NCBI GenBank assembly: GCA_964565195.1 | Contig: CAZMCQ010000002.1 | Span: forward strand, 82,161-146,160 | Reading direction: 5' to 3' | DNA length: 64,000 nucleotides | Source: an uncultured Candidatus Saccharibacteria bacterium | GTDB lineage: Bacteria > Patescibacteriota > Doudnabacteria > UBA920 > 2-01-FULL-46-14 | Part shown: positions 19,554 through 28,798 of the stretch, piece by piece | Numbering within the stretch: the first letter of the stretch is position 1 | How the letters are laid out: each line of letters starts with the position of its first letter | The notes under the pieces: model-generated | Database searches by the model: none | What the model was told of the DNA's origin: nothing | What the model saw: the letters and a program-made list of their open reading frames with translations, nothing else | Program-made: the position numbers and the translations under genes

Positions 19554-20141
19554 ATGGAAATAAAAGACCATCCGCAAAATTATTTATTCAGACTAGATAA
19601 GGTCCTTGCGAGCATTGACCGCGCCAAGCTGGCGACGCTTATCGAAAAGATCGCGTCCTTCAGCAAGACGGACCATACGATTTTTATCGCGGGCAATGGG
19701 GGCAGCGCTGGCACGGCCTCGCACATGGCCTGCGATCTCGGCAAGACCATCCTCATTGACAGTCTCGGCGAGCGGCCCTATCGTCTCCGCGCGATTTCCC
19801 TCACTGACAATGTCCCGCTCCTTACCGCATTGTCCAATGATTATGGCAATGAGTATATTTTTTCCGAGCAGCTGAAAAGCTTTGGCCGCGAGGGCGATAT
19901 GCTCATCGTCCTGACCGGCAGCGGCAACTCGCCGAATATCATCCAGGCCGTGCTCGCCGCCAAAGCCATGGGCATCCATACCTATGGACTGCTCGGATTT
20001 GGCGGCGGAAAAATTAGGGAAATTTTGGATGATATGCTGTTAATTGATTCAGACGATTATGGACCGGTGGAAGATGCCCATATGGTTATTAATCATCTCA
20101 TCACTGATTGGTTTCGGAATCAAAACCGTGGCGCAAGTTAA
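19554..20141 (+). CDS. gmhA: Sedoheptulose-7-phosphate isomerase
   Basis: GNGGSAGTASH, NDYG, SGNSPN, EDAH. Confidence 0.88.
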   Translation: MEIKDHPQNYLFRLDKVLASIDRAKLATLIEKIASFSKTDHTIFIAGNGGSAGTASHMACDLGKTILIDSLGERPYRLRAISLTDNVPLLTALSNDYGNEYIFSEQLKSFGREGDMLIVLTGSGNSPNIIQAVLAAKAMGIHTYGLLGFGGGKIREILDDMLLIDSDDYGPVEDAHMVINHLITDWFRNQNRGAS

Positions 20142-21444
20142 AAAAAAGTTTGGCATTCTGGGTGGGGGTATTGCGGGATTGAGTTTGGCTCATTTTTTGC
20201 AGGACACCTCGGTCGCGATTATCGAGAAGGCGGACAAAGTCGGCGGACTTTGCCGTTCGTATGAAATAAACGGCCTGGCGTATGACGTGGGGCCGCATAT
20301 TATGTTTTCTAAAAACCCGCGCGTGCTTGAGTTTATGACGACCATCACGCCGACGCATCAGCTGCAGCGTTCCAATCAGATCTTTTTAAACGGGAAATTC
20401 ATCAAATACCCGTTTGAAAACTTCCTTGCCATGCTCGCGGATCCGGAAAAGATTGAGTATTGTCTCAACACCTTTTTGCATAACCCTTACAAAGATATGC
20501 CCGCGCAGAACATGCTGGCTTTTTTTCTCAAAACTTTCGGCGAAGGCATCACCAAGCTATACCTCCAGCCCTACAACGAAAAAATCTGGAAATTTGATCC
20601 AAGCATGTTGGATACGCAGATGGTGGAACGAATCCCGAAACCGCCCGAGGCGCATATCATCGAGTCGGCCAAGGGTAAATATTCCGAAGGATACACTCAC
20701 CAGCTGAATTTTTCTTACCCCGTTAAGGGCGGCTACCAAAGCATGGTGGACGCGGTGACGGCCAAAGACAAGGCCAAGGGCGTGGAGATCAAGACAGACG
20801 AGACGATTAAGGAAATTAGTAAGCAAGGTGAAGGTTGGCGCGTCGAGACTGCGAAAAATACCTATGAGTTTGATCGGCTTTTTAACTGCATGCCCATCCA
20901 CGAGCTTCTGCCGCTTCTCAAAGGCGTGCCGGAAGAAGTAAGCGCGGCAGTCCAACAGATGTATTACAACTCGATTTACATAGTTATCGTCAATGTGAAA
21001 AAAGACACGATTGGCGAGCACTTCGCGCTGATGGTGCCGCAATCTGACGTGATTTTCCACCGCATTTCCAAGCTGGACTTCCTGGGGGATAATTATCATC
21101 TGCCTGATTCCACATCCTTTCAGATCGAGGTCACGTTCCGCGCGGGGGACAAATACGACAAACTTTCGCGAGACGAGCTTATCTCGCGCTGTATTGAGGA
21201 TTTGGTCAGGATTGGTTTTATTTCCGGGCGCGACCAGGTGAACTTTACAGACCTGCACCGCGAGCAGTATGCTTATGTAATCTATGATTTAAATCACCGC
21301 CAGCATACGGATACGGTTCTCGACTACTTCCGAGGCTTAGGCATCGAGTCGAGCGGACGCTGGGCGGAGTTTGAATATATGAACTCGGATAAGGTTATCG
21401 AGCATTCTATGAATTTAGCAGATAAAATCAATGCCGGAAATTAA
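20128..21444 (+). CDS. FAD-dependent oxidoreductase, UDP-galactopyranose-mutase-like
   Basis: GGGIAGL, VGGLCRS, DVGPH, PYNEKIW, GRWAEFEYMNSD; GTG start inferred. Confidence 0.75.
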   Translation: MAQVKKKFGILGGGIAGLSLAHFLQDTSVAIIEKADKVGGLCRSYEINGLAYDVGPHIMFSKNPRVLEFMTTITPTHQLQRSNQIFLNGKFIKYPFENFLAMLADPEKIEYCLNTFLHNPYKDMPAQNMLAFFLKTFGEGITKLYLQPYNEKIWKFDPSMLDTQMVERIPKPPEAHIIESAKGKYSEGYTHQLNFSYPVKGGYQSMVDAVTAKDKAKGVEIKTDETIKEISKQGEGWRVETAKNTYEFDRLFNCMPIHELLPLLKGVPEEVSAAVQQMYYNSIYIVIVNVKKDTIGEHFALMVPQSDVIFHRISKLDFLGDNYHLPDSTSFQIEVTFRAGDKYDKLSRDELISRCIEDLVRIGFISGRDQVNFTDLHREQYAYVIYDLNHRQHTDTVLDYFRGLGIESSGRWAEFEYMNSDKVIEHSMNLADKINAGN

Positions 21445-22162
21445 ACCCATTTCCCTCATTCTGGTTGTGCATCAGGAAGCCGAAACGCTGGAACGTGTGA
21501 TCACGGATTTTTATGGAAAAGTCATCGCAAAAATTCCCGGGTCAGAGTTCATCATCTGCGAGGATGGCAGCACGGACGGGACCAAGGAAATTTTGACGCG
21601 ACTGCGAGGGCCGTATGGTTTGACGCTTGACATGCGCGAAGGCAAGCGCGGATACACGCGCGCCATGCGCGACGGTTTTGCTCTGGCTAAAAATCCGGTG
21701 ATTTTTTTCAGCGACAGCGACGGCCAGCACGACCCAAATGATTTTTGGAAAATGTACCCGCTTCTGGAAAGCGCGGATATGGTAATTGGCTGGAAAACAG
21801 ACCGTAAGGATGTCTGGTATCGCCTGCTCCTGACGCGCGTGTTCAATTTTTTAATCCGCGTGTACTTCCGCTCGCGTCTGCACGACATCAATTGCGGCTT
21901 TCGTCTCATGAAAAAAGCAGTGGTGGATTTTATTCTTCAAAAAGAGTGGCGCCTCCGGCACTGCATCAATGCGGAATTCACAGTCAAAGCCGCGGCCGCG
22001 GGATTCAAAATCACAGAAACCCCGGTCGCGCACTCGTGGCGCGCGGTCGGCGAGTCGAGGGGTCTGCCGGTCAAAAAACTGCCGCAGGCCGTCTGGCACA
22101 TTTTGCGGGAATTTCCGCGGATCAAAAGGGACGCCAAAGTTATTCGCTCGCGGTCGCTTTGA
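21431..22162 (+). CDS. GT2 polyprenol-phosphate glycosyltransferase (DPM1/GtrB-like)
   Basis: EDGSTDGT, DSDGQH, DINCGFRL. Confidence 0.88.
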   Translation: MPEIKPISLILVVHQEAETLERVITDFYGKVIAKIPGSEFIICEDGSTDGTKEILTRLRGPYGLTLDMREGKRGYTRAMRDGFALAKNPVIFFSDSDGQHDPNDFWKMYPLLESADMVIGWKTDRKDVWYRLLLTRVFNFLIRVYFRSRLHDINCGFRLMKKAVVDFILQKEWRLRHCINAEFTVKAAAAGFKITETPVAHSWRAVGESRGLPVKKLPQAVWHILREFPRIKRDAKVIRSRSL

Positions 22163-22559
22163 AAGAATAGCGTTTGTTGAGCGTAAATTGGACGATAACG
22201 ACAAAGATAATGGTCACGGCTTTGGCGAGAAGCGGCACAATGTGCAGCCGGTCAATCAGGAGATAAAGCAGGAGAGCGCTCAAACCCAAACCTACGAAGC
22301 CGACCGCATAGAATTTGAAGAAGCGAATCAGCAGTCGGTCGGTGATGCGGAAATTGAGAAAGGCGTTGAGTAAAAAATTATTGGTAATACCGAGCGAGAC
22401 GCTCGCGAGATTGGCAAACTGGTAGTGAACGTGCAGCCGGCTGTTTAAGATGTAAAAGGCAAGGAAATCCAGAGTGACGCCGGATGCGCCAATGGCCGAG
22501 TACCAGATAAAAAGCCGGTACTTTTCGTAAAGCCCGCGTGCCTGAGATATAATGTCCAT
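22140..22559 (-). CDS. GtrA-family lipid-linked sugar translocase
   Basis: About 139 aa, four TM segments, IGASGVTLD, NFLLN..F, K-motif, QFTLNKRYSF; start at ATG 22559. Confidence 0.85.
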   Translation of the reverse strand: MDIISQARGLYEKYRLFIWYSAIGASGVTLDFLAFYILNSRLHVHYQFANLASVSLGITNNFLLNAFLNFRITDRLLIRFFKFYAVGFVGLGLSALLLYLLIDRLHIVPLLAKAVTIIFVVIVQFTLNKRYSFKATASE

Positions 22560-22574
22560 ATGCAAAGGATAGCA
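22548..22574. promoter_or_regulatory. Overlapping divergent leaderless-type -10 elements
   Basis: Plus strand TATAAT 22548-22553 lies 6 nt before ATG 22560; minus strand TGcTATCCT 22574-22566 lies 6 nt before ATG 22559. Confidence 0.6.
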
Positions 22575-24305
22575 CAATTTTTTAGCCGGCATTATCTGGC
22601 TGTAGTTTTGGCAATTTTGGTTGGGGTGGCAGTGGTCTTTCCGCAGATACAGTTTATTTTTCAAGCCGGTGGTCAGTATCACGGCTTCAATATTTTTGAG
22701 ACGGACGGCGAATACTATTACGACGCGCGCATCCGCGAGATTTACGACGGACACTACCTGATGTCAAACCCGCTCCTTGCCGGAAAAGACCTGCCTTTTG
22801 TCTATTCGCCGCTTCCTGAATTTGTGATGGGCATGACCGGACGCATTTTGCATCTGAATTTAATCCAGATTTTGATCCTGTTTCGTTTTCTCGCCCCGGC
22901 CGGACTTTTTCTACTCATCTATTTTTTAATACTGCGCCTGACAAACGGGAGAAAACCCGTAGCACTGCTTGCCGCGACATTCATCCTGCTTGCCTCAAAC
23001 CTGGTTTCCTATCCGGGGCAACTTTTCTCGATGCTGCGCGGCACGTTTCATGCCGAGCAGTTCACGGATTTCGCGCGGCCTGTGAATCCGCAGCTGTCGG
23101 CTTTCTTTTTCTTCGGCTTTTTATATGCCTACTGGCGACTCATAGAAACTAACCAGAAGAAATATTTTTATTGGAGTTTGATTATTTATGGCCTGTCATT
23201 TTATGTCTATCAGTACTCGTGGACATTTTTGACTGTGTTTCTGGGGTTAAATGGAGCGCTGTTCCTTTGGCAGAAGAAAAAAGCACTATTCAAAAAAACC
23301 CTGCTCGTTTTCGGCGGAGGACTCGTGCTGGCCACACCATATTTTATAAATTTTTACAGAGCAACGCAGCATTTTTCATATCAGAACCTCGTTCTTTACA
23401 ATGGTTTGTATCAAAGCCATAAGTCGGTTTTCAGTCTGATCCTGCTTGCTGCAATAATTTTACTCGTTCCGCTTTATAAACTTGCTCAAAACAAAAATCT
23501 GTTTTGGTTTTTCGCGGCCTTAGTCGCAAGCGGATGGGTCGTCATAAACCAGCAGGTCATCACCGGCCAGGCCATCCAGCTCGGCCATTACCACTGGTAT
23601 TTCAACCGCCCTGTGTTCATTCTGCTTGCGGTGATTGTATTTTTTTCCCTTTTACGGCGCGCATCAGCCAAACAATTTTATCAATATGCTGCTCTCGGCA
23701 TCGCAGCCGCAGTCGCTTTCTTTAATGTTTATCAAGTTCAGGCCACTTCCTATCGCCATCATTTTGAGACCTATCTGAAGCTTCAGGATTACTATCCGGT
23801 CATTGACTGGCTGAATAAAAACGCGACCCGCGATCAGGTCGCATACATTCCGGAATCCAGACTTAACCAATTAGTACCAATGTATACCTCGCTCAATGTT
23901 TACTATGATGTCAAAGCGCCGTTAAGCCTGCAGCAATATAAGGACTATGACCGATATAATTTGTTTTTAAAGTTGAAATTGCAAAATGTTTCTCCGAAGG
24001 ATTTACCGGCGCACCTGCGCGCAAACGAGGCCCTCCTTGCGGAAACCTATGGAATATATTTCAAATCGCGGGGGTTGAATTATCAGGATGTTCCCGAGGA
24101 ATGGCTCGTGGCCTTACAAAAAGACTATGAAGAATTTTACAAAATATCTTGGGAAGATATTCTCACCAAATATCCGCTTGGTTACATTATTTGGGATAAA
24201 ACTGATCTGGCTGATTTGCCGCTAGAAAAAATTGTTCAGGAAGCGAACTTCAAACCAGTGTACGACAGCGGAGGAGTAGTCATCTACCAAAAAACGAGCG
24301 ATTGA
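22560..24305 (+). CDS. Polytopic membrane protein, probable GT-C glycosyltransferase
   Basis: TM1 followed by acidic TDGEYYY loop, about 12 TM segments, soluble C-terminus; beside GT2 and GtrA. Confidence 0.6.
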   Translation: MQRIAQFFSRHYLAVVLAILVGVAVVFPQIQFIFQAGGQYHGFNIFETDGEYYYDARIREIYDGHYLMSNPLLAGKDLPFVYSPLPEFVMGMTGRILHLNLIQILILFRFLAPAGLFLLIYFLILRLTNGRKPVALLAATFILLASNLVSYPGQLFSMLRGTFHAEQFTDFARPVNPQLSAFFFFGFLYAYWRLIETNQKKYFYWSLIIYGLSFYVYQYSWTFLTVFLGLNGALFLWQKKKALFKKTLLVFGGGLVLATPYFINFYRATQHFSYQNLVLYNGLYQSHKSVFSLILLAAIILLVPLYKLAQNKNLFWFFAALVASGWVVINQQVITGQAIQLGHYHWYFNRPVFILLAVIVFFSLLRRASAKQFYQYAALGIAAAVAFFNVYQVQATSYRHHFETYLKLQDYYPVIDWLNKNATRDQVAYIPESRLNQLVPMYTSLNVYYDVKAPLSLQQYKDYDRYNLFLKLKLQNVSPKDLPAHLRANEALLAETYGIYFKSRGLNYQDVPEEWLVALQKDYEEFYKISWEDILTKYPLGYIIWDKTDLADLPLEKIVQEANFKPVYDSGGVVIYQKTSD

Positions 24306-24331
24306 CACGCTCGTTTTTTTTATGATAATCT
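24302..24331 (+). promoter_or_regulatory. Sigma70-like promoter
   Basis: TTGACA 24302-24307; TGaTAATCT, 18-nt spacing. Confidence 0.5.
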
Positions 24332-24390
24332 AATTAGTTCTTTTACAAACATACATAGTTTCGAAGCTACCTATCAAAGGAGGATTGGAA

Positions 24391-25134
24391 ATGAGCATAG
24401 CGCTGCTTACGATGACATACTATGCAAACGTCGAAGAGACGCGGTTCCATCTGGCTTGCCAAATGCTGGGCAATGCCAAAGCAGTGGGGTATATGACGGC
24501 GGTGCTGGATGGATCCCCAGATGATCTGGTTAGCTTAGCATTTGAACGGATCGGCACAGTGATTTTTAAACAGACTGCTCAAGGTATGGGTCCGGCGCGG
24601 CGGGAGTTATTCTTGAAGGCATCCGCCAACAAGCCGGGCATTTTTCTCTGGAGCGAAGAGAAGCCGGACATCGTGCGGCTGATTCCTCAAATTGTGGAAC
24701 CGATCGCGCGCGGATGGGCGGACATTGTCATCCCTTTTCGCACGGATAAGAGCTGGGAAAGCTACCCGGCTTACCAGGCCGAGTCAGAGAAGGCGGCGAA
24801 TGCGGTCTATGCGGAAGTAACCGGCAGACCGTTCGATGCAATGTTTGGTCCGGTCGCATTCCGGCGCGAGATGCTCCACTATTTTTACGAGTGCAATCCG
24901 GCAGAACAATTCGGCACGCACGACACCTACATCTATCACATCGCGCCTCTCGTGGCGATGGCAGCAGGAGCGCGGGTCGTTTCGGTTCCGGTGGATTTCT
25001 ATTATCCATCTGTTCAGAAGGCCGAAGAACTGGCGGCGTTGAATGATGCTATTCGCGAGAAGCGAAAGAGGCAGTTCGAAGAGTGCACCGCGAACTACCG
25101 CGCAGCCGCGGCAGCGTTAAATCTCAAATGGTAG
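24391..25134 (+). CDS. Hypothetical protein, possible GT-A-fold glycosyltransferase-like
   Basis: Strong SD AAGGAGGA; VLDGS, GMGPARRE, ADIVIPFR, FGP motifs reminiscent of GT2-like folds. Confidence 0.55.
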   Translation: MSIALLTMTYYANVEETRFHLACQMLGNAKAVGYMTAVLDGSPDDLVSLAFERIGTVIFKQTAQGMGPARRELFLKASANKPGIFLWSEEKPDIVRLIPQIVEPIARGWADIVIPFRTDKSWESYPAYQAESEKAANAVYAEVTGRPFDAMFGPVAFRREMLHYFYECNPAEQFGTHDTYIYHIAPLVAMAAGARVVSVPVDFYYPSVQKAEELAALNDAIREKRKRQFEECTANYRAAAAALNLKW

Positions 25135-25139
25135 CTGTT

Positions 25140-25191
25140 CCGGAGAGTTGCTTTGCGAAAGCAGAGCGGCTCTCCGGGATTTTTTATTTTT
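25140..25191 (+). terminator. Intrinsic terminator
   Basis: CCGGAGAGTTGCTTTGC-GAAA-GCAGAGCGGCTCTCCGG followed by a T-tract. Confidence 0.8.
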
Positions 25192-25206
25192 GGCTTAAAT
25201 AAGCTA

Positions 25207-25254
25207 AACTCCTTTCAATCTCCCCCTTATTAAGGGGGAGAAAAAGAGGGGGTT
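25207..25254. repeat. Family A palindromic element, intergenic
   Basis: TCTCCCCCTT-ATT-AAGGGGGAGA...AGAGGGGGTT, same arms as 5266. Confidence 0.85.
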
Positions 25255-25255
25255 C

Positions 25256-25295
25256 TGATACCCCTTGACACTTTTTGACCCCTTTTGATATGATA
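25256..25295 (+). promoter_or_regulatory. Promoter overlapped by four 10-bp-periodic direct repeats (candidate operator)
   Basis: TGATACCCCT TGACACTTTT TGACCCCTTT TGATATGATA; TTGACA 25265 and TGaTATGAT 25286-25294. Confidence 0.6.
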
Positions 25296-25328
25296 GTTTT
25301 AGGTTTACGTATTTTTCATTCCTTTAGC

Positions 25329-25370
25329 ACCCCCACCTAACCTCCCCCATCAAGGGGGAGGAAAGGGGAG
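25329..25370. repeat. Family A palindromic element in the 5' leader of the HTH gene
   Basis: ACCCCCACCTAACCTCCCCC-ATCAA-GGGGGAGG-AAAGGGG. Confidence 0.8.
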
Positions 25371-25381
25371 AAAAAAGTAAA

Positions 25382-25630
25382 ATGCCACAAGAAATCATCG
25401 AAAACGCGGTTTACACGCGCGAGGAGGCGCAGGATCTGCTCAAAATCAGCACGAGCACGATCAAGCGCCTCTTAAAGCGCGGGCTTATCCGCGCGAACAA
25501 AGTCGGCGGGCAGTACCGGATCCTGGGCAAAGAGCTGCTGCGTCTGGTTTCGCCTGGGCTCGAGTCCAAAGCCGAAAAATCCTATCTCAAGCTCAAGAAG
25601 AAAGTCGTTGAAAAAATTAATCCCTGGTAA
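25382..25630 (+). CDS. Small excisionase/BldC-like (HTH_17) DNA-binding protein
   Basis: YTREEAQDLLKISTSTIKRLLKRGLIRANKVGGQYRI. Confidence 0.85.
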   Translation: MPQEIIENAVYTREEAQDLLKISTSTIKRLLKRGLIRANKVGGQYRILGKELLRLVSPGLESKAEKSYLKLKKKVVEKINPW

Positions 25631-27411
25631 TGACGCCTGCCTTTACCAATTTTTACCGCCTGTTCCGGGCGGCTTATGGCCGTTTTCGACCGCAGCTCAT
25701 CCTGCTCGTGGTTTTGGGTTTTTTAAGCGGCCTCCTCGAAGGTCTCGGCATCAACGCGCTCATCCCGCTGTTTTCTTTTGCGCCCGGCCAAGATCAGGCA
25801 GCGACCGATTTTATCACGCGGCAGTTGACCAATCTTTTTGCCTTTTTTGATCTCCACCTCTCGCTTACGGCCTTGGCTGTGTTCGTGGCCAGCGCGTTTT
25901 TTTTGAAGGCCGTCGTGAAGGTAATTCTGGATTATCTTAAATTCCGCATCACCGCAGATTATGAGTGGGAGACGAGGCAGGGTCTGTTCGCCAAAATTCT
26001 GGCCGCCGATTTCCGCCATCTGCTCAAACAGAAACTCGGCGTGCTGGAGACGATTTTGATGATTGATGTGCCGGTCAGCAGCAGCCTCTTGAATCAGTTA
26101 AGCGGCGGGATAATGTATGTTACCGGACTCCTGGTCTATGTGTTTGTGGCTTTGAATATTTCCGCGCGGATCACGATTTACACGCTGGCGCTCGGTCTGA
26201 TCTTTTTTTTCATTTTCCAGCCGATCCTGGTCCGGATCAAAAATTATGCGCAGCAGCGGAACCGCATCAACAAAGAGATGGCGCACCATATCAGCGAGAA
26301 CATTCTCGGCATGAAACGCGTAAAAACCATGCTGGTTGAGCCGAGCGTGGAGAAAAAGGCCCGCGAATATTTCTCGGCCCTCCGGGAGTTCGCCCAGAAG
26401 GTGCCCTTTCTCAAAAGCCTTCCGGCCACGGCCCTCGAGCCGGTCGCCGTGATTTTCGTCATCGCGGTCTATCTGGTCAACTACCAGGCGCCCGGTTTCA
26501 ATCTGATCGCGCTGGGCGCGATAATTTACCTGGTTAATAAAATTCTCAACTACGTGCAGCAGTTGCAGCGCGTCGGGCAGGCCATAACCGATTTTTCCCC
26601 GCACCTGCGCAGTATTTTGGAGTTCGAGCAGGACGCGCGTCGCGAGCGGGAGATTCGGCTTGCGGGCGAGCCGTTTGCCTTTTCGGACAAGCTGGTTTTC
26701 CAAAACGTCTCTTTTGCTTACGCGCCCGGCCGCCCCGTGCTGTCCGGGTTAACTTTTGAGATCCGCAAGGGTGAAATGGTGGGCTTGGTCGGTCCGTCCG
26801 GGGTCGGCAAAACCACGCTCGTGGATCTCCTGCTGCGGCTGTTTGCGCCCGACGGAGGGGAAATCCTGCTTGATGGACGAAGCGCGCGGGAAATTGATCT
26901 TGATGATTGGCGCCGTCACATCGGCTATGTTTCCCAGGATGTTTTTTTGATGAATGACACGATTGCGAATAATATCCGGTTTTATAGTCCAGCCATCACC
27001 CAGGACGAGATTGAAAACGCCGCGCAGATGGCGAACATACATGAATTCATCGAATCCTTGCCGCAGAAATACGAAACCCTGATCGGCGAACGGGGCGTGC
27101 GGCTTTCCGGCGGGGAACGCCAGCGCGTCGTGCTGGCCAGAATTTTCGCCCGCCGGCCGGAGATTTTGATTCTCGACGAGGCGACCAGCGCGCTCGACAA
27201 CGAATCCGAGCGCGAGATTCAGGAAGTTATCCGGAAGCTCAAAGGAAGAATGACGGTGATCGCCATCGCCCACCGGCTTACAACTGTCATGGATTCGGAC
27301 AAGCTTTTTATTCTCGAAGACGGCAAGCTTGTGGAGCAGGGCGAGCCGCAGGCGCTTTTGCAGGATAAAAATTCCTACTTTTTCAGGACTCTTCACATTG
27401 CCGGAACATGA
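25630..27411 (+). CDS. ABC transporter, fused TMD-NBD (PglK/MsbA-like flippase)
   Basis: GPSGVGKT, LSGGERQR, ILDEATSALD, IAHRL; N-terminal TM domain. Confidence 0.92.
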   Translation: MTPAFTNFYRLFRAAYGRFRPQLILLVVLGFLSGLLEGLGINALIPLFSFAPGQDQAATDFITRQLTNLFAFFDLHLSLTALAVFVASAFFLKAVVKVILDYLKFRITADYEWETRQGLFAKILAADFRHLLKQKLGVLETILMIDVPVSSSLLNQLSGGIMYVTGLLVYVFVALNISARITIYTLALGLIFFFIFQPILVRIKNYAQQRNRINKEMAHHISENILGMKRVKTMLVEPSVEKKAREYFSALREFAQKVPFLKSLPATALEPVAVIFVIAVYLVNYQAPGFNLIALGAIIYLVNKILNYVQQLQRVGQAITDFSPHLRSILEFEQDARREREIRLAGEPFAFSDKLVFQNVSFAYAPGRPVLSGLTFEIRKGEMVGLVGPSGVGKTTLVDLLLRLFAPDGGEILLDGRSAREIDLDDWRRHIGYVSQDVFLMNDTIANNIRFYSPAITQDEIENAAQMANIHEFIESLPQKYETLIGERGVRLSGGERQRVVLARIFARRPEILILDEATSALDNESEREIQEVIRKLKGRMTVIAIAHRLTTVMDSDKLFILEDGKLVEQGEPQALLQDKNSYFFRTLHIAGT

Positions 27412-28364
27412 AACTTTTCAATGAGCGCAAGAAAATATTGATTACCGGCGGGGCTGGCTACATCGGTGGGTATTTAACCGACCTTTTGCTGAACAAGGGC
27501 TATGACGTTACGGTCTATGACAATCTGCTCTACGAATCGTCCTATCGCAAAAATGTGTCGTTTATCTATGGCGATGTGCGCGATCAGGAGAAGCTTGGCA
27601 GGATCATCAATGATTTTGACATTGTGATCTGGCTGGCGGCCATCGTCGGGGACCGCGCCTGCTCGTTCAATCCCGATCTCACCCGCGCGGTGAACGTTGA
27701 TTCCGTAGCGTGGCTTGTCAAAAATTTTCGAGGCAAGATCGTTTTTATGTCCACCTGTTCGGTCTACGGCGTTAACGAAAATCTGCTGGACGAAAATTCG
27801 CCGGTTAACCCGCTATCGCACTACGCTTCGTCAAAACTGGTCGCCGAGCAAATCCTGCTTGCGCAGGCGGACCAGCCGCTCGTCTTCCGCCTCGGCACGC
27901 TGTTCGGCCTTTCTGATTTTTATTCCCGGATCCGGCTCGATCTCGTGGCCAATATTTTGACCAAGCAGGCGGCCTTTGGCGAAACGCTTATCGCCTTTGG
28001 CGGCGGGCAGTGGCGGCCGCTTTTGCATGTGCGCGACGTGGCGCACGCGATTTTGTACGGCATCGAGCGCAAGATCGTGGGGCTTTATAACTTGAGCTAC
28101 AAAAATTACCAGATCCGCGAGATCGCCGAGGCGATCGTGAAACATATTCCGACCGTGCGCGTGAGCTATCATAATATTAAATTTGAGGACCTTCGGAATT
28201 ACAAAGTTAGCGCGGATAAATATCGCGCGCTTGGCTGGCAGCCACGCTTCACGCTTACGGACGGCATTACCGAGATCGCCGAGCTGTTCGGCAGCGGGCG
28301 CATCAAAAATCCTGATGATCCAGTTTATTCCAACGAGAAATTTATCAAGAATCGCATTATTTAA
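27408..28364 (+). CDS. NAD-dependent epimerase/dehydratase
   Basis: TGGAGYIG, STCSVYG, YASSK, RLDLVAN. Confidence 0.9.
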   Translation: MKLFNERKKILITGGAGYIGGYLTDLLLNKGYDVTVYDNLLYESSYRKNVSFIYGDVRDQEKLGRIINDFDIVIWLAAIVGDRACSFNPDLTRAVNVDSVAWLVKNFRGKIVFMSTCSVYGVNENLLDENSPVNPLSHYASSKLVAEQILLAQADQPLVFRLGTLFGLSDFYSRIRLDLVANILTKQAAFGETLIAFGGGQWRPLLHVRDVAHAILYGIERKIVGLYNLSYKNYQIREIAEAIVKHIPTVRVSYHNIKFEDLRNYKVSADKYRALGWQPRFTLTDGITEIAELFGSGRIKNPDDPVYSNEKFIKNRII

Positions 28365-28390
28365 TACCCCACAGGGGTGAAAGGAGAAAC

Positions 28391-28798
28391 ATGGCCAACA
28401 TTTTGACCGGAGACAGCATAGTTGACGAGTACGGAGCGATCCGCTTCGTCAATGATTTTGATTTCAAAAACGTCAAGCGGTTTTACCAGATGCAGACGAA
28501 CCGCGTCGGCGGAGTCCGCGCCTGGATGGGCAGTAAGACCGCAGATACTTATATCTACGTGCCGAGCGGCAGCGCCGAAATCGCGGTCGTAAATCTCGGT
28601 ACCGACGAGACCCAGAAAATCGTCCTATCCGATGTCAAACCACGCGTGATGTGGGTCGCGCCGAGCAATGCTTTCGGTTTCCGGTCCCTCGAGGAGAAGA
28701 CGATCCTGATCTTTTTCTCATCTGAAACCGAAAGCCAGAGCAAATTAAGCGAGCTCAAATTTCCGAAAGAGCAATGGGGAGTCTTCAAAAATGAGTGA
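28391..28798 (+). CDS. Cupin, RmlC/FdtA(WxcM)-like sugar epimerase/isomerase homologue
   Basis: DEYG...F, KRFY, VRAW, W.AP...GF pattern. Confidence 0.7.
   Translation: MANILTGDSIVDEYGAIRFVNDFDFKNVKRFYQMQTNRVGGVRAWMGSKTADTYIYVPSGSAEIAVVNLGTDETQKIVLSDVKPRVMWVAPSNAFGFRSLEEKTILIFFSSETESQSKLSELKFPKEQWGVFKNE

Noticed and set aside
22560-22754. Extended N-terminus of the GtrA ORF (204 aa)
   Set aside because: It overlaps the divergent membrane gene; GtrA-like sequence starts at Met 22559.
25382-25630. Excisionase-like genes (also 58095) as prophage or ICE evidence
   Set aside because: No integrase, phage structural genes or att duplications were seen; treated as standalone regulators.
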